A stretch of DNA of 64,000 nucleotides from an uncultured bacterium (lineage in GTDB: Bacteria; Chloroflexota; UBA5177; JANWHV01): positions 888,045-952,044 of the forward strand of contig CAWHAE010000012.1 in assembly GCA_963827235.1 (NCBI GenBank), read 5' to 3'. The notes under the pieces were generated by a model. The model ran no database searches and was not told the DNA's origin. It worked only from the letters and a program-made list of their open reading frames with translations. Positions 18,602 to 27,674 of this stretch are shown piece after piece. The translations under genes and the position numbers were made by a program. The number at the start of each line of letters is the position of its first letter. Positions within the stretch are counted from its first letter, which is position 1.

Positions 18602-20317
18602 ATGAAGCTTACGATACCTGGGTGGGCTTGGCGATCCGCGGTCGCGGCGGCATTGGTCGCCGGCGTCGCGCTGGCGCCCATGTCCACGCACGCGGCGCGG
18701 CAGAGCGCCGCCGCCAGCCCGATCTACTTGACTTCCTATTCGCAGACCCATACGACCTTCGTCCGCAACTTCAACCCGTTCCAGCCGGCAGCATACCTGG
18801 ACTTCACGCAGGGAGCCATCTACGAGCCGCTGATGATCGTGACCACCGCCGGCATCGGTCACGTCTACCCGTGGCTGGCTACCGGCTATGCGTGGTCAAA
18901 TGGGAACAAGACGCTGACCTTCACCATTCGCCAGAACGTGAAGTGGTCGGACGGTCTTCCGCTCACCGCGGCCGACGTGGCGTTCAGCTATGACTACGGC
19001 AAGACGCATCCCGCGGCAGATCTCACGGGATTGTGGGGAGGCAAGCAGCTCGTCAGCGTGCAGCAGGCGGGAACCGACAAGGTGGCCCTCAACTTCGCCA
19101 CGGTCAACACGCTGGTGCTCCGGCAGGCAGCCTCTCTCATCGTGATCATTCCGCAGCACATCTGGGCGAATGTCAGCAATCCAGCCGCCTACGATAACCA
19201 GGATCCGGTCGGCTCCGGTCCGTTTACCCAGGTAGTCAGCTTCTCGCCCCAGGAATTCATCCTGGGCAAGAATCCGTACTACTGGCAGAAGCTCACCTAC
19301 GATGGGATCAAGGTGCCCGCTGTGCCGAGCAACGACGTTGCGCTGGCCGCCATGACCCATCATGAGCTCGACTGGACGGGAGACTTCTTCCCCGGCATCC
19401 AGAAGTCGTACGTGGCCAAGGATCCCACGCACTTCCATTACTTCTACGCCGCGAACAACACGCCGCTCTCTCTGTACTTCAACGACACCGTGTATCCCTT
19501 CAGCTTGGTTGCTTTCCGTCAGGCCGTGAGCCTGGCCATCAATCGCCAGAAGGTCTCCACGATCGGTGAGAACGGCTATCTTCCCCCCGCGGATGCAATC
19601 GGCGTCGCGGGCGCGTGGCCGAGCTGGGCCGACCCGAGCCTGAGCGCTCAGGCCAAGGCCATGGCAACGTATAGCCCCGACAAGGCCAAGAGCGTGCTGA
19701 AGAGCGCCGGCTTCACCTGGGACGGCAGCGGCAATCTGATCGACCCGAAGGGTGCCAAGGTCTCGTTCGTGCTCGAGTGCCCCGCCGGATGGTCCGACTG
19801 GATTCTTTCCTATCAGCTCATGCAGAAAGACCTTCAGGCCATCGGCATGAACGTCACCATCAAGCAGGTGGATCAGAACGGATTCTTCTCGGCCCGCTCG
19901 GCCGGAACCATCCAGGGTGGCTGGTTCTTCACCCAGCAGCAGGGCCTCACGCCCTACGAGATGTTCAACAGCTCAATCTCCGCGGAGTCGTATCAGCCGA
20001 CGGGAGTGGACGAGATCGCGCACGGATTCTGGAACGAGGAGCGTTTCACCGGAGCCGCCGCGCAGCAGGCTTCCGCGCTGCTGGCCAAGTTCCGCACCAC
20101 CGCCGACGTAGCGACCCAGCACTCCCTGGCTGACGAGCTACAGAAGATCTGGCTGGACAACCTGCCGGTCGTGAATGTCCTGTACATTGCCAACTGGTAT
20201 ACGTACAGCACCGACCACTTCACCGGGTTCCCGGACGCCAACAACTTCTACGCCAACGGCTCGACCTACCTCTACCCTGACAACTTGAAGATCCTGATGA
20301 GCATCAAGCCCGTCTGA
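18602..20317 (+). CDS. ABC transporter substrate-binding protein, family 5 (Opp/Dpp type)
   Basis: 571 aa with a signal-peptide-like N-terminus (AAALVAGVALAPMSTHAARQ). Family 5 SBP size and pattern. GGAG SD about 10 nt upstream of the ATG. Confidence 0.88.
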   Translation: MKLTIPGWAWRSAVAAALVAGVALAPMSTHAARQSAAASPIYLTSYSQTHTTFVRNFNPFQPAAYLDFTQGAIYEPLMIVTTAGIGHVYPWLATGYAWSNGNKTLTFTIRQNVKWSDGLPLTAADVAFSYDYGKTHPAADLTGLWGGKQLVSVQQAGTDKVALNFATVNTLVLRQAASLIVIIPQHIWANVSNPAAYDNQDPVGSGPFTQVVSFSPQEFILGKNPYYWQKLTYDGIKVPAVPSNDVALAAMTHHELDWTGDFFPGIQKSYVAKDPTHFHYFYAANNTPLSLYFNDTVYPFSLVAFRQAVSLAINRQKVSTIGENGYLPPADAIGVAGAWPSWADPSLSAQAKAMATYSPDKAKSVLKSAGFTWDGSGNLIDPKGAKVSFVLECPAGWSDWILSYQLMQKDLQAIGMNVTIKQVDQNGFFSARSAGTIQGGWFFTQQQGLTPYEMFNSSISAESYQPTGVDEIAHGFWNEERFTGAAAQQASALLAKFRTTADVATQHSLADELQKIWLDNLPVVNVLYIANWYTYSTDHFTGFPDANNFYANGSTYLYPDNLKILMSIKPV

Positions 20318-20340
20318 GGAACGCGAGTCCTGGCGAGCGG

Positions 20341-20369
20341 GTGCCGGCCGGAATCCCTCCGGCCGGCAC
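20341..20369 (+). terminator. intercistronic hairpin after the SBP gene (attenuator/stabiliser)
   Basis: Perfect 12-bp stem GTGCCGGCCGGA / TCCGGCCGGCAC with a 5-nt loop, followed by the pyrimidine-rich TCCTCTTC. Confidence 0.45.
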
Positions 20370-20414
20370 TCCTCTTCGGCAGGCTGAGCTACCTACAGAG
20401 ACAGAGAGCGGCGC

Positions 20415-21398
20415 ATGCAGTATCTTGCTCGGCGGCTCGTCTTCTACCTCGTAGCGTTTTGGTCCGGTATCACGCTCAACTTCTTCCTGCCCAGAATGCT
20501 GCCCGGCAACCCGTTCGACGCCTTCGAGGTCAAGTTTCAGAATCAGCTCGCCACGAACCCGCACATGCTGGATTCGTTGCGCGCGGAGTTCGATACGGCG
20601 CACGGCTCGCTGCTCTCACAGTACTGGCAGTACCTGGTCAATCTCGCTCACCTGGACTTCGGCGTCTCGTACAGCCAGTACCCAACCTCCGTCAACACCA
20701 TTATCGGCACGGCCCTGCCCTACACGCTGCTCCTGGCCGGCCTATCGACCTTGCTTGCCTTCCTGATCGGCTCCATGCTGGGAATCGTCACCGCCTGGCG
20801 ACGGGGAAGTCCGGTCGACACGGTGCTGACCCCCTTTACCATGTTTCTGCAATCCTTTCCTCCCTTTTTTGTTGCCCTGCTGATCCTCTACTGGTTCGGC
20901 GTGGACCTCGGCTGGTTCCCGTTGAGCCGCGCCTACGGCGACACGGTCAGCCCCGGCTGGAGCTTCTCGTTCATCCTCAATCTGGCCGACCACTGCGTCA
21001 TGCCGCTCGCGGCGCTCTTGATCTCCAGCGTGGGCGGCTGGTTGTTCGGCATGCGTAACGTGATGATCAACATTCTCACCGACGACTTCATCGTGATGGC
21101 CGAGGCCAAGGGCCTTAAGACCCGCCGCGTGATGATGATGTACGCGGCGCGCAACGCTCTGCTGCCGCAGATCACGAGCTTTGCCATCACCCTGGGCTAC
21201 GCCGTCACCAGTCTGATCCTGATCGAATGGGTATTCGGCTATCCGGGACTCGGTTTCACGCTGGTAAACGCCGTGGTGAGCGAGGACTATTCCATGATGC
21301 AGGCGCTCTTCTTCATCATCGTCGTGGGCATGCTCCTGGCCAATCTGATTGCCGACCTGCTCTACGCGCGTCTCGATCCGCGCGCCCGAAGCTCGTAG
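20415..21398 (+). CDS. ABC transporter permease (DppB/OppB-like)
   Basis: 327 aa, 6-TM pattern, EAA-loop region MAEAKGLKTRRVMMMYAARNALLP. Confidence 0.9.
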   Translation: MQYLARRLVFYLVAFWSGITLNFFLPRMLPGNPFDAFEVKFQNQLATNPHMLDSLRAEFDTAHGSLLSQYWQYLVNLAHLDFGVSYSQYPTSVNTIIGTALPYTLLLAGLSTLLAFLIGSMLGIVTAWRRGSPVDTVLTPFTMFLQSFPPFFVALLILYWFGVDLGWFPLSRAYGDTVSPGWSFSFILNLADHCVMPLAALLISSVGGWLFGMRNVMINILTDDFIVMAEAKGLKTRRVMMMYAARNALLPQITSFAITLGYAVTSLILIEWVFGYPGLGFTLVNAVVSEDYSMMQALFFIIVVGMLLANLIADLLYARLDPRARSS

Positions 21399-21410
21399 GG
21401 GCCGGGAGCG

Positions 21411-22421
21411 ATGGAGCTGGACACGTTGCGACGGCCGGGCGGCGAACGCTCGAGCAATTCAGGGAACGGCACACCGCCGCCATCCGCGGGCGCGTCACCG
21501 GCCCCTGCGAGGCAACGCTTACGCCCGGCGCTACCGGACTGGCTGGGATTGTTCGCCAGCAACAGGCTGGCAGTGGCCGGCTGCGCCTTGCTTGCCGTCA
21601 TTGTCCTGGCATGCGTCTTCGCGCCGCTGTTCGCGCCCTACGCGAACACCACGATCGGCACCGTCGACGCGTCCCTCTCACCTTCATGGTCGCATCCCTT
21701 CGGCACCAACCAGCCCGGCGAGGACATCTTCGCCCAGGTATTGTGGGGCGGTCGTTTCAGCCTGACGGTCGCGGTGCTCGCCGGGCTGCTTACCACCGTG
21801 CTCGCCACCGTCGTCGGCATGACCGCGGGCTACATTGGCGGTTGGGTGGACGATCTCCTCGGCATGATCATGAACGTCTTCCTCGTCGTGCCGCAGCTCG
21901 TGCTGCTAATCATCATCACAAGCTACGCGCCGGCCAGCGCCAACAACCTCGAGGGCGACGCCGTGAAGATGATTCTTGTGATCGGCATCACCGGCTGGGC
22001 CTGGGGTGGCCGCGTTCTGCGGGCGCAGACGCTCTCGCTCAAGAATCGCGACTACGTGCTGGCGTCGAAGGTCGCCGGCGAATCGACGCCGAGGATCATC
22101 TTCGCCGAAGTGTTGCCCAACATGATCAGCCTGATGGCCAACACCTTTATCATGTCCGCCCTCGGGGCGATCATCACGGAGGCCGGCCTGGAGTTTCTGG
22201 GATTGGGCGACGTCAGCAACATTACGTGGGGCGTCATGCTTCACCAGGCGCAGACCGGCGCCTCGCTCGCGGTCGGCGAGTGGTGGGACTTCACGGCGCC
22301 CGGGCTGGCAATCGCCCTCACCGCGGCCGCCCTGATGCTGATCAACAACGGCGTCGACGTGATCAGCAATCCGAAGCTGCGCACGATGCGGGTGCCGCGG
22401 GAATCGGGCGCTCGAAGGTAG
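21411..22421 (+). CDS. ABC transporter permease (DppC/OppC-like)
   Basis: 336 aa, EAA-loop region ASKVAGESTPRIIFAEVLPNM. No ATPase gene follows. Confidence 0.9.
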   Translation: MELDTLRRPGGERSSNSGNGTPPPSAGASPAPARQRLRPALPDWLGLFASNRLAVAGCALLAVIVLACVFAPLFAPYANTTIGTVDASLSPSWSHPFGTNQPGEDIFAQVLWGGRFSLTVAVLAGLLTTVLATVVGMTAGYIGGWVDDLLGMIMNVFLVVPQLVLLIIITSYAPASANNLEGDAVKMILVIGITGWAWGGRVLRAQTLSLKNRDYVLASKVAGESTPRIIFAEVLPNMISLMANTFIMSALGAIITEAGLEFLGLGDVSNITWGVMLHQAQTGASLAVGEWWDFTAPGLAIALTAAALMLINNGVDVISNPKLRTMRVPRESGARR

Positions 22422-22569
22422 TCGGCACGAATAATGCTTCCGGAGCTGACCGCTGCAACGGTACAGTGCGCTCGCCGGCGCCCACCAGGGCCCAGACAGA
22501 CCGCACGTCTAGGCCACGCGACTCCGCGCCGAAACCGTGTCACTCTCCTGCGCGGTTGGGCGGAGGCAG

Positions 22570-23217
22570 TCAGGCGCCCGCCGACCTCCGAGCCAGCTGC
22601 AGGTGCCGGCGCACGTAGAGCACCACCAAGACGACCACGGCGACGATGATCAACACGTCGAAGCGGTGGATCCAGTTGCCCACGTCGGTCCAGTGCTCTC
22701 CCAGCTTGCGGCCAATCAGAGCGAGCACCGTACACCAGGTCAGGGAGCCGGCGGCAGTAAACACCACGAAACGGGTGAAGCTCATGTGGGCGATACCGGC
22801 CGGCAGCGAGACATATGCTCGCACGACCGGGAGCAGCCTGCCGACGAAGATCGTGATGTCGCCGCGCTTGGCGAAGAAGGCGTCCGCTCGCTCGGCATCG
22901 TGACGAGAGATCAGTACGTAGCGACCGTACTTGAGCAGCAGCTCGCGGCCGCCGGTAGCGCCGATGTAGTAGGCGATGCTCGCCCCGATGATCTCACCAC
23001 ACGTGCCACACAGTATGACCGTGAGCAGGTTGAACGTGTGATCGATCTTGAGGGTCGCCGCCATGCCCGAGGCAGTGGCAGCTCCCGCCAGGGGGATGAC
23101 CAGCTCGCTGGGAAGGGGAATCAGGCAGCTCTCGATGATCGTGGCGATCAGAATGCCGCCGTAGCCTACGTTGTTGAACAGGTAGCTGACGAAATCTTGT
23201 AGCACGATCTCCTCCAA
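22570..23217 (-). CDS. DedA family membrane protein
   Basis: 215 aa with DedA motifs IESCLIPLPSELV and FVGRLLPVVRAYVSLPAG. Confidence 0.85.
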   Translation of the reverse strand: MEEIVLQDFVSYLFNNVGYGGILIATIIESCLIPLPSELVIPLAGAATASGMAATLKIDHTFNLLTVILCGTCGEIIGASIAYYIGATGGRELLLKYGRYVLISRHDAERADAFFAKRGDITIFVGRLLPVVRAYVSLPAGIAHMSFTRFVVFTAAGSLTWCTVLALIGRKLGEHWTDVGNWIHRFDVLIIVAVVVLVVLYVRRHLQLARRSAGA

Positions 23218-23302
23218 TCGCTAGTATACCGGCTGATCAGCTTCCCACATTCCAGTCCCCATAGCTCCTCCGGATTCTCAATCCTCACCTATACTTAGAA
23301 CC

Positions 23303-24055
23303 GTGAATGCTCTCACTCGCTTCGAAAACCTGATGGAGTCGTTGGTCGAGCGCGGCTTCGCGCGGTTGCTGCGCACGCGCATGCAGCCGGTCGAAGTGGC
23401 CAAGCGCCTGTCGCGGGAAATGGAAGCGCATCGCACCGTCGCCATCAATCACGTGCTCGTGCCCAACCGCTACGTCGCCACGCTCAGCGCCAAGGACTAC
23501 GAACAGTTCGTATCCATCCAGGCCACGCTGCAGAAGGAGATGGCAAAGTATCTGCTGGAATATGCCGCGGAGCGCTCGTACACGATCCCGGGCACTCCGA
23601 CGGTGGAGTTCGAGCGCGACGAGCGCCTGCACCCGGGGAGCTTCCGCGTGAAGTGCCGCATGGAGGATCCGGCGGACGACGAAGTGGGCACGTCGCCGTT
23701 GCACCCGACGCAGCTCATGCCCGAGCCCGAACCGGCCGTGCAGTCCCAGACGTCGACTCCACCGGCCGGCCGCGCCAGGCTCGATCTGCAGGGCGCCTCG
23801 TGCTATATAGACGTCGACCTGGCCTCGATCGGCAGGGGGCTGGACAACGACGTCGTCGTGGAGGATCCCAGGGTATCCCGGCACCACGCGCGGCTGCAGC
23901 GGGGCGTCCGTGGCTGGGAGCTCACCGACCTAGGCAGCACGAACGGCAGCTTCGTCAACGGAAAGCGCGTCAGCCGATCGCCTGTTGGGAATGGCGATGC
24001 CGTTTCGCTCGGTGGGCTGGAGATGAAGTTCTTCGTGGAGACGACCAGGCGGTGA
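23303..24055 (+). CDS. fhaA: FhaA-like protein (DUF3662 N-domain plus FHA domain)
   Basis: N-terminal FENLMESLVERGFARLLR..QPVEVAKRL and a C-terminal FHA domain (IGRGLDNDVVVEDPRVSRHHARL ... LGSTNGSFVNG). Confidence 0.85.
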   Translation: MNALTRFENLMESLVERGFARLLRTRMQPVEVAKRLSREMEAHRTVAINHVLVPNRYVATLSAKDYEQFVSIQATLQKEMAKYLLEYAAERSYTIPGTPTVEFERDERLHPGSFRVKCRMEDPADDEVGTSPLHPTQLMPEPEPAVQSQTSTPPAGRARLDLQGASCYIDVDLASIGRGLDNDVVVEDPRVSRHHARLQRGVRGWELTDLGSTNGSFVNGKRVSRSPVGNGDAVSLGGLEMKFFVETTRR

Positions 24056-24504
24056 GCTTCGAAGTCGTCGTGCTCGCGGCACGCCTGGCCCTCGTCGGCG
24101 TGCTCTACGTCTTCCTTTTCATCGTGGTGCGAATGCTCTACCGCGACCTGCGGTCGGTCGGCCGGCCCTCAATCGCCGGGCAACCCGTGCGCACCACCGG
24201 TACACCGCATCTCACCGTGCTCGCGGCCGGCAAGACGCGGTACGCGGCAGGGAAAACGCTTCGCGTGCGAAGCCCGCTGTTGCTCGGCCGCGACCCCGCC
24301 TGCGACGTTCCGGTCGAGGATGACTGGGTCTCCGGCCAGCATCTGCGCATCTTGCAGACGTCCACCGGCTGGCAGGCTCAGGATCTGAACAGCACGAACG
24401 GTACGCGGATCAACAACGTGCGCATTCGCGGCACAGTCGTGCTGAAACACGGCGACGTGCTCGACATGGGGCGCTTTCGTGTGCGCTTTACTTTTGAAGA
24501 CTGA
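24052..24504 (+). CDS. fhaB: FhaB-like membrane-anchored FHA-domain protein
   Basis: GTG start in a GTGA overlap with the fhaA stop. N-terminal TM helix (VVVLAARLALVGVLYVFLFIVV) plus FHA domain (LLLGRDPACDVPVEDDWVSGQHLRI ... LNSTNGTRINN). Confidence 0.75.
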   Translation: MSFEVVVLAARLALVGVLYVFLFIVVRMLYRDLRSVGRPSIAGQPVRTTGTPHLTVLAAGKTRYAAGKTLRVRSPLLLGRDPACDVPVEDDWVSGQHLRILQTSTGWQAQDLNSTNGTRINNVRIRGTVVLKHGDVLDMGRFRVRFTFED

Positions 24505-24567
24505 ACAGGCGGCACCACGTGCCTCGCAGGCAGGTGCGCTACTCGGGTCGGCGGGCAGGGCACGTGC

Positions 24568-25947
24568 ATGGAGCACCATGCGCTGTCGCGGCCGCCGAAT
24601 CACGCCTGGGATGTGGCGCGGTCGTGCCGCGGCCGGCCAGGCGACCGGACGGCAGCAGTGACGCGGCCGCCCGTGTCGCATGCGCGCCGGACGGAGTACG
24701 GACTTCTGCTGGTCGTAGGTGCCTTCCTGGCCATCGGCTGCTGGCTGCTGGTGGTCAACCAGCCGTCGCTGCCGGCGTCAAAGACCGTGCAGCAACTCGC
24801 CGCCCTGCTCGGCTTGTTCGCCATCGCCAGTCTCTTTCTGAGCTGGCGGCTACCGGGCGCCGACCAGGTCGTATTGCCCGTTGTAGCGCTGCTCTCTGCC
24901 ATCGGCATGCTGTCCATTCGACGCCTGGGCGCCGACGCGCAGTACGCGGGTTACGCGGAGCGGCAGGTGCTATGGGTCGCCGTCGGCATGGTCGTGTTCG
25001 CCGCCACGATCGTGCTCGTGCCGCGCCTCGACGACCTACGGCGCTACAAGTACACGGCGGCGGCGCTGGGCTTCCTCCTCATCCTGGGCACGATCCGCTT
25101 TGGTGTCGACATAACCGGCGGGCCCTATCGGCGATGGTTCGGCTTCCACGGCGTCTATTTCCAGCCGGTGGAGATCCTGAAGATCCTGGTCGTCGTGTTC
25201 TATGCCGCCTATCTGGACGAGAAGCGCGAGGTGCTTACCCAGGCGGACTTTCGCTTCGGGCGCCTGCGGCTGCCTCCCCTGCAGTACCTGGGCCCGCTCT
25301 TCCTCACCTGGCTATTGTCCCTGCTCCTGCTGACCTTCCAGAACGACCTGGGCAGCGCGCTGCTGTTCTTCGGTATCTTCCTGGCCATGCTGTACGTGGC
25401 AAGCGAGCGGCGCATCTACACCTGGATAGGGCTGGGCGTCTTCGCCGCCGGCGTCGTTCTGGCTTTCCGGCTCTTTCCGCATGTGCGCCAGCGCGCCGAC
25501 ATCTGGCTGGATCCGTGGCGTTACGCGCACGACCAGGCCTTCCAGGTCGTGCAAGGACTGATCGCGCTCGGCAGCGGGGGCGTGCTGGGCAGCGGCCTGG
25601 GTCAGGGCCATCCGGGGTACGTTCCGGTCGCGAACACCGACTTCATTTTCACCAGTATCGGCGAGGAGTTCGGACTGATCGGCGGCCTGGCCATCCTCGC
25701 GCTCTTCCTCGTGCTCACTTTCCGAGGCCTGCGCATCGCCACCGTCGCCCGCGATCCGTTCGAGGGACTACTTGCCGTCGGGCTGACCAGCACGCTGGCT
25801 ATCCAGGCGCTCGTGATCATCGGCGGCAACCTTCGCTTGATGCCCCTGACCGGCGTCACTCTGCCGTTTATGAGCTACGGGGGCAGCTCGCTGCTGGCAA
25901 ACTTCATGGTCATAGGCCTGCTGTTGAGGATTAGCACGCATGACTGA
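24568..25947 (+). CDS. rodA: SEDS-family peptidoglycan polymerase (RodA/FtsW)
   Basis: Polytopic SEDS pattern (QPVEILKILVVVFYAAYL, GLGQGHPGYVPVANTDFIFTSIGEEFG, LPFMSYGGSS). The rodA call rests on the fhaA-fhaB-rodA-pbpA context. The N-terminal about 45 aa are uncertain. Confidence 0.85.
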   Translation: MEHHALSRPPNHAWDVARSCRGRPGDRTAAVTRPPVSHARRTEYGLLLVVGAFLAIGCWLLVVNQPSLPASKTVQQLAALLGLFAIASLFLSWRLPGADQVVLPVVALLSAIGMLSIRRLGADAQYAGYAERQVLWVAVGMVVFAATIVLVPRLDDLRRYKYTAAALGFLLILGTIRFGVDITGGPYRRWFGFHGVYFQPVEILKILVVVFYAAYLDEKREVLTQADFRFGRLRLPPLQYLGPLFLTWLLSLLLLTFQNDLGSALLFFGIFLAMLYVASERRIYTWIGLGVFAAGVVLAFRLFPHVRQRADIWLDPWRYAHDQAFQVVQGLIALGSGGVLGSGLGQGHPGYVPVANTDFIFTSIGEEFGLIGGLAILALFLVLTFRGLRIATVARDPFEGLLAVGLTSTLAIQALVIIGGNLRLMPLTGVTLPFMSYGGSSLLANFMVIGLLLRISTHD

Positions 25948-27391
25948 CATCGACGGTGCCGGGAAGCGACTGCGCAAGCTCGCGCTGTTCTTTGTCGTCT
26001 TCTACTTCATCCTCTCGGGCTTGCTGGTTTACTGGCAGGTAGTACGCGCTCCGAACCTCGTGGATCGACCCGACGACCCGCGACTGTACGCCGCTCGCCT
26101 GGCAGTACACCGGGGGACGATCGTCGACCGCCGGGGCACCGTGGTCGAGCAAACCACGTTCCAGGATGGCAATCCCGTGCGATCGCTCTACGACTCCTCG
26201 CTCAGCCCGGTGATCGGCTACCACAGCCAGCAGTACGATAACTCCGGCCTGGAATCCACCTATAACGACTATCTGAACGGCGACGCGGCCAGCCAACCTC
26301 TGGACAACACCGTCCGGCGCATTCTTCACCAACCCGTGCTTGGCGACACACTGCAGCTGACCATCGACGATCGCATCCAGAAAATAGCCGATGCCGCCCT
26401 TGGCGACGGTGCCGGCGTGGCTCTGGTGGCCGATCCACGCAACGGGCAGATCCTGGCTATGGTCAGCAAGCCGTCTTTCAACGCCTCGCGCATCGACGAG
26501 CCGGGATACTGGTCGTCGCTGCAGACGAGTGACGGGCGGCTGTTGAATCGCGCCCTGGAAGGCCTGTACCCCCCGGGCTCGGTGTTCAAGACGGTCACGC
26601 TGGCCACGGCACTCAGCGATCGGGCCTACACGCTACAATCCATTTTCGCGGGTGCCGACGCCACGGGCCCCCTGTTCTTCGGCGGCTCCGAGCTCACGAG
26701 CTCGGCCAGCAACCTTCCGCCCGGCGTGCAGCGAGTGACGCTGACCGACGCCTTCAAGTACAGCGACAATATCGTCTTTGCCAATGTGGGACTGAAGCTG
26801 GGTGGGAAGGCCCTGGTTGACGGGGCGGCCCAGTTCGGCATCGGCCAGGCCGTGCCGTTCGATCTGCCGGTGAGTACCAGCCACGTGACCACGAGCACCG
26901 GCACGCTGAACCAGTACAACGTGGCCGCGAGCGCCTTCGGCCAGGCGGGGGTGGAGGTGACTCCGCTGCAGGTTCTCATGGTGGACGAGGCCATCGCAAA
27001 CCACGGCACGATCATGCGCCCCACCATCGTGCAGCGCGTCCGCGCGCCCAGCGGCGAGATCCTGGTGGACAACACGCAGCAGGTCTGGCAGCAAGCGCTC
27101 GATCCGGGCGTCGCGCAGGAGGTAGCGCAAGCCATGATCAACGCGGTCAACGGTGCCGGCGCCAGCGGCTACGCCGCGCGGTTGCCCGGCGTGGTCGTGG
27201 CCGGCAAGACCGGCACCGCGCAGGTGGGCGGCGCGAATTCGCTCCCCCATGCGTGGTTCATGGCCTTCGCTCCCGCCGATCAGCCGCGGCTGGCGGTCGT
27301 CGTGCTCAAGGAGCACGGCGGCGAAGGCAGCGCGGTCGCCGCGCCCATCGCCGGGCAGATCCTTGCCGAGGCGCTGCCACTCTACCACTGA
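25940..27391 (+). CDS. pbpA: class B penicillin-binding protein (PbpA-like transpeptidase)
   Basis: Motifs SVFK (SxxK), YSDN (SxN) and KTGTA. The start overlaps the rodA 3' end by 8 nt. Confidence 0.9.
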   Translation: MTDIDGAGKRLRKLALFFVVFYFILSGLLVYWQVVRAPNLVDRPDDPRLYAARLAVHRGTIVDRRGTVVEQTTFQDGNPVRSLYDSSLSPVIGYHSQQYDNSGLESTYNDYLNGDAASQPLDNTVRRILHQPVLGDTLQLTIDDRIQKIADAALGDGAGVALVADPRNGQILAMVSKPSFNASRIDEPGYWSSLQTSDGRLLNRALEGLYPPGSVFKTVTLATALSDRAYTLQSIFAGADATGPLFFGGSELTSSASNLPPGVQRVTLTDAFKYSDNIVFANVGLKLGGKALVDGAAQFGIGQAVPFDLPVSTSHVTTSTGTLNQYNVAASAFGQAGVEVTPLQVLMVDEAIANHGTIMRPTIVQRVRAPSGEILVDNTQQVWQQALDPGVAQEVAQAMINAVNGAGASGYAARLPGVVVAGKTGTAQVGGANSLPHAWFMAFAPADQPRLAVVVLKEHGGEGSAVAAPIAGQILAEALPLYH

Positions 27392-27674
27392 TCGTGGCGC
27401 AGCGGACCCTGTGGGCTGCGAAGAGCACTGGCATCCGGATGGACGTGACGGGCGAACCCGGCAGGCAGTACTATGGCCATTGGGCCGGCGTCGGCCCGCC
27501 AGGCGCGCGGACGCGAGGCTGCTGCCGCGCCGCGGGCAGGAGCGAATCGAGTGCGTCCACCATGGTGCAGGCGGACGTAGGGCAAATGCCGGCAGGGTGC
27601 AGACACCCCCGGCGGGTACGGGCCGTGTCGACCGCACGGACTCTGGTTTAGTCGACGGGATCGCGCAAATATCG

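Noticed and set aside
27153-27674. Upstream extension of the beta-propeller ORF (track start 27153).
   Set aside because: It overlaps the 3' end of pbpA by about 240 nt and encodes an Arg/Pro/Gly-rich low-complexity stretch. The ATG at 27675 directly precedes a TM helix.
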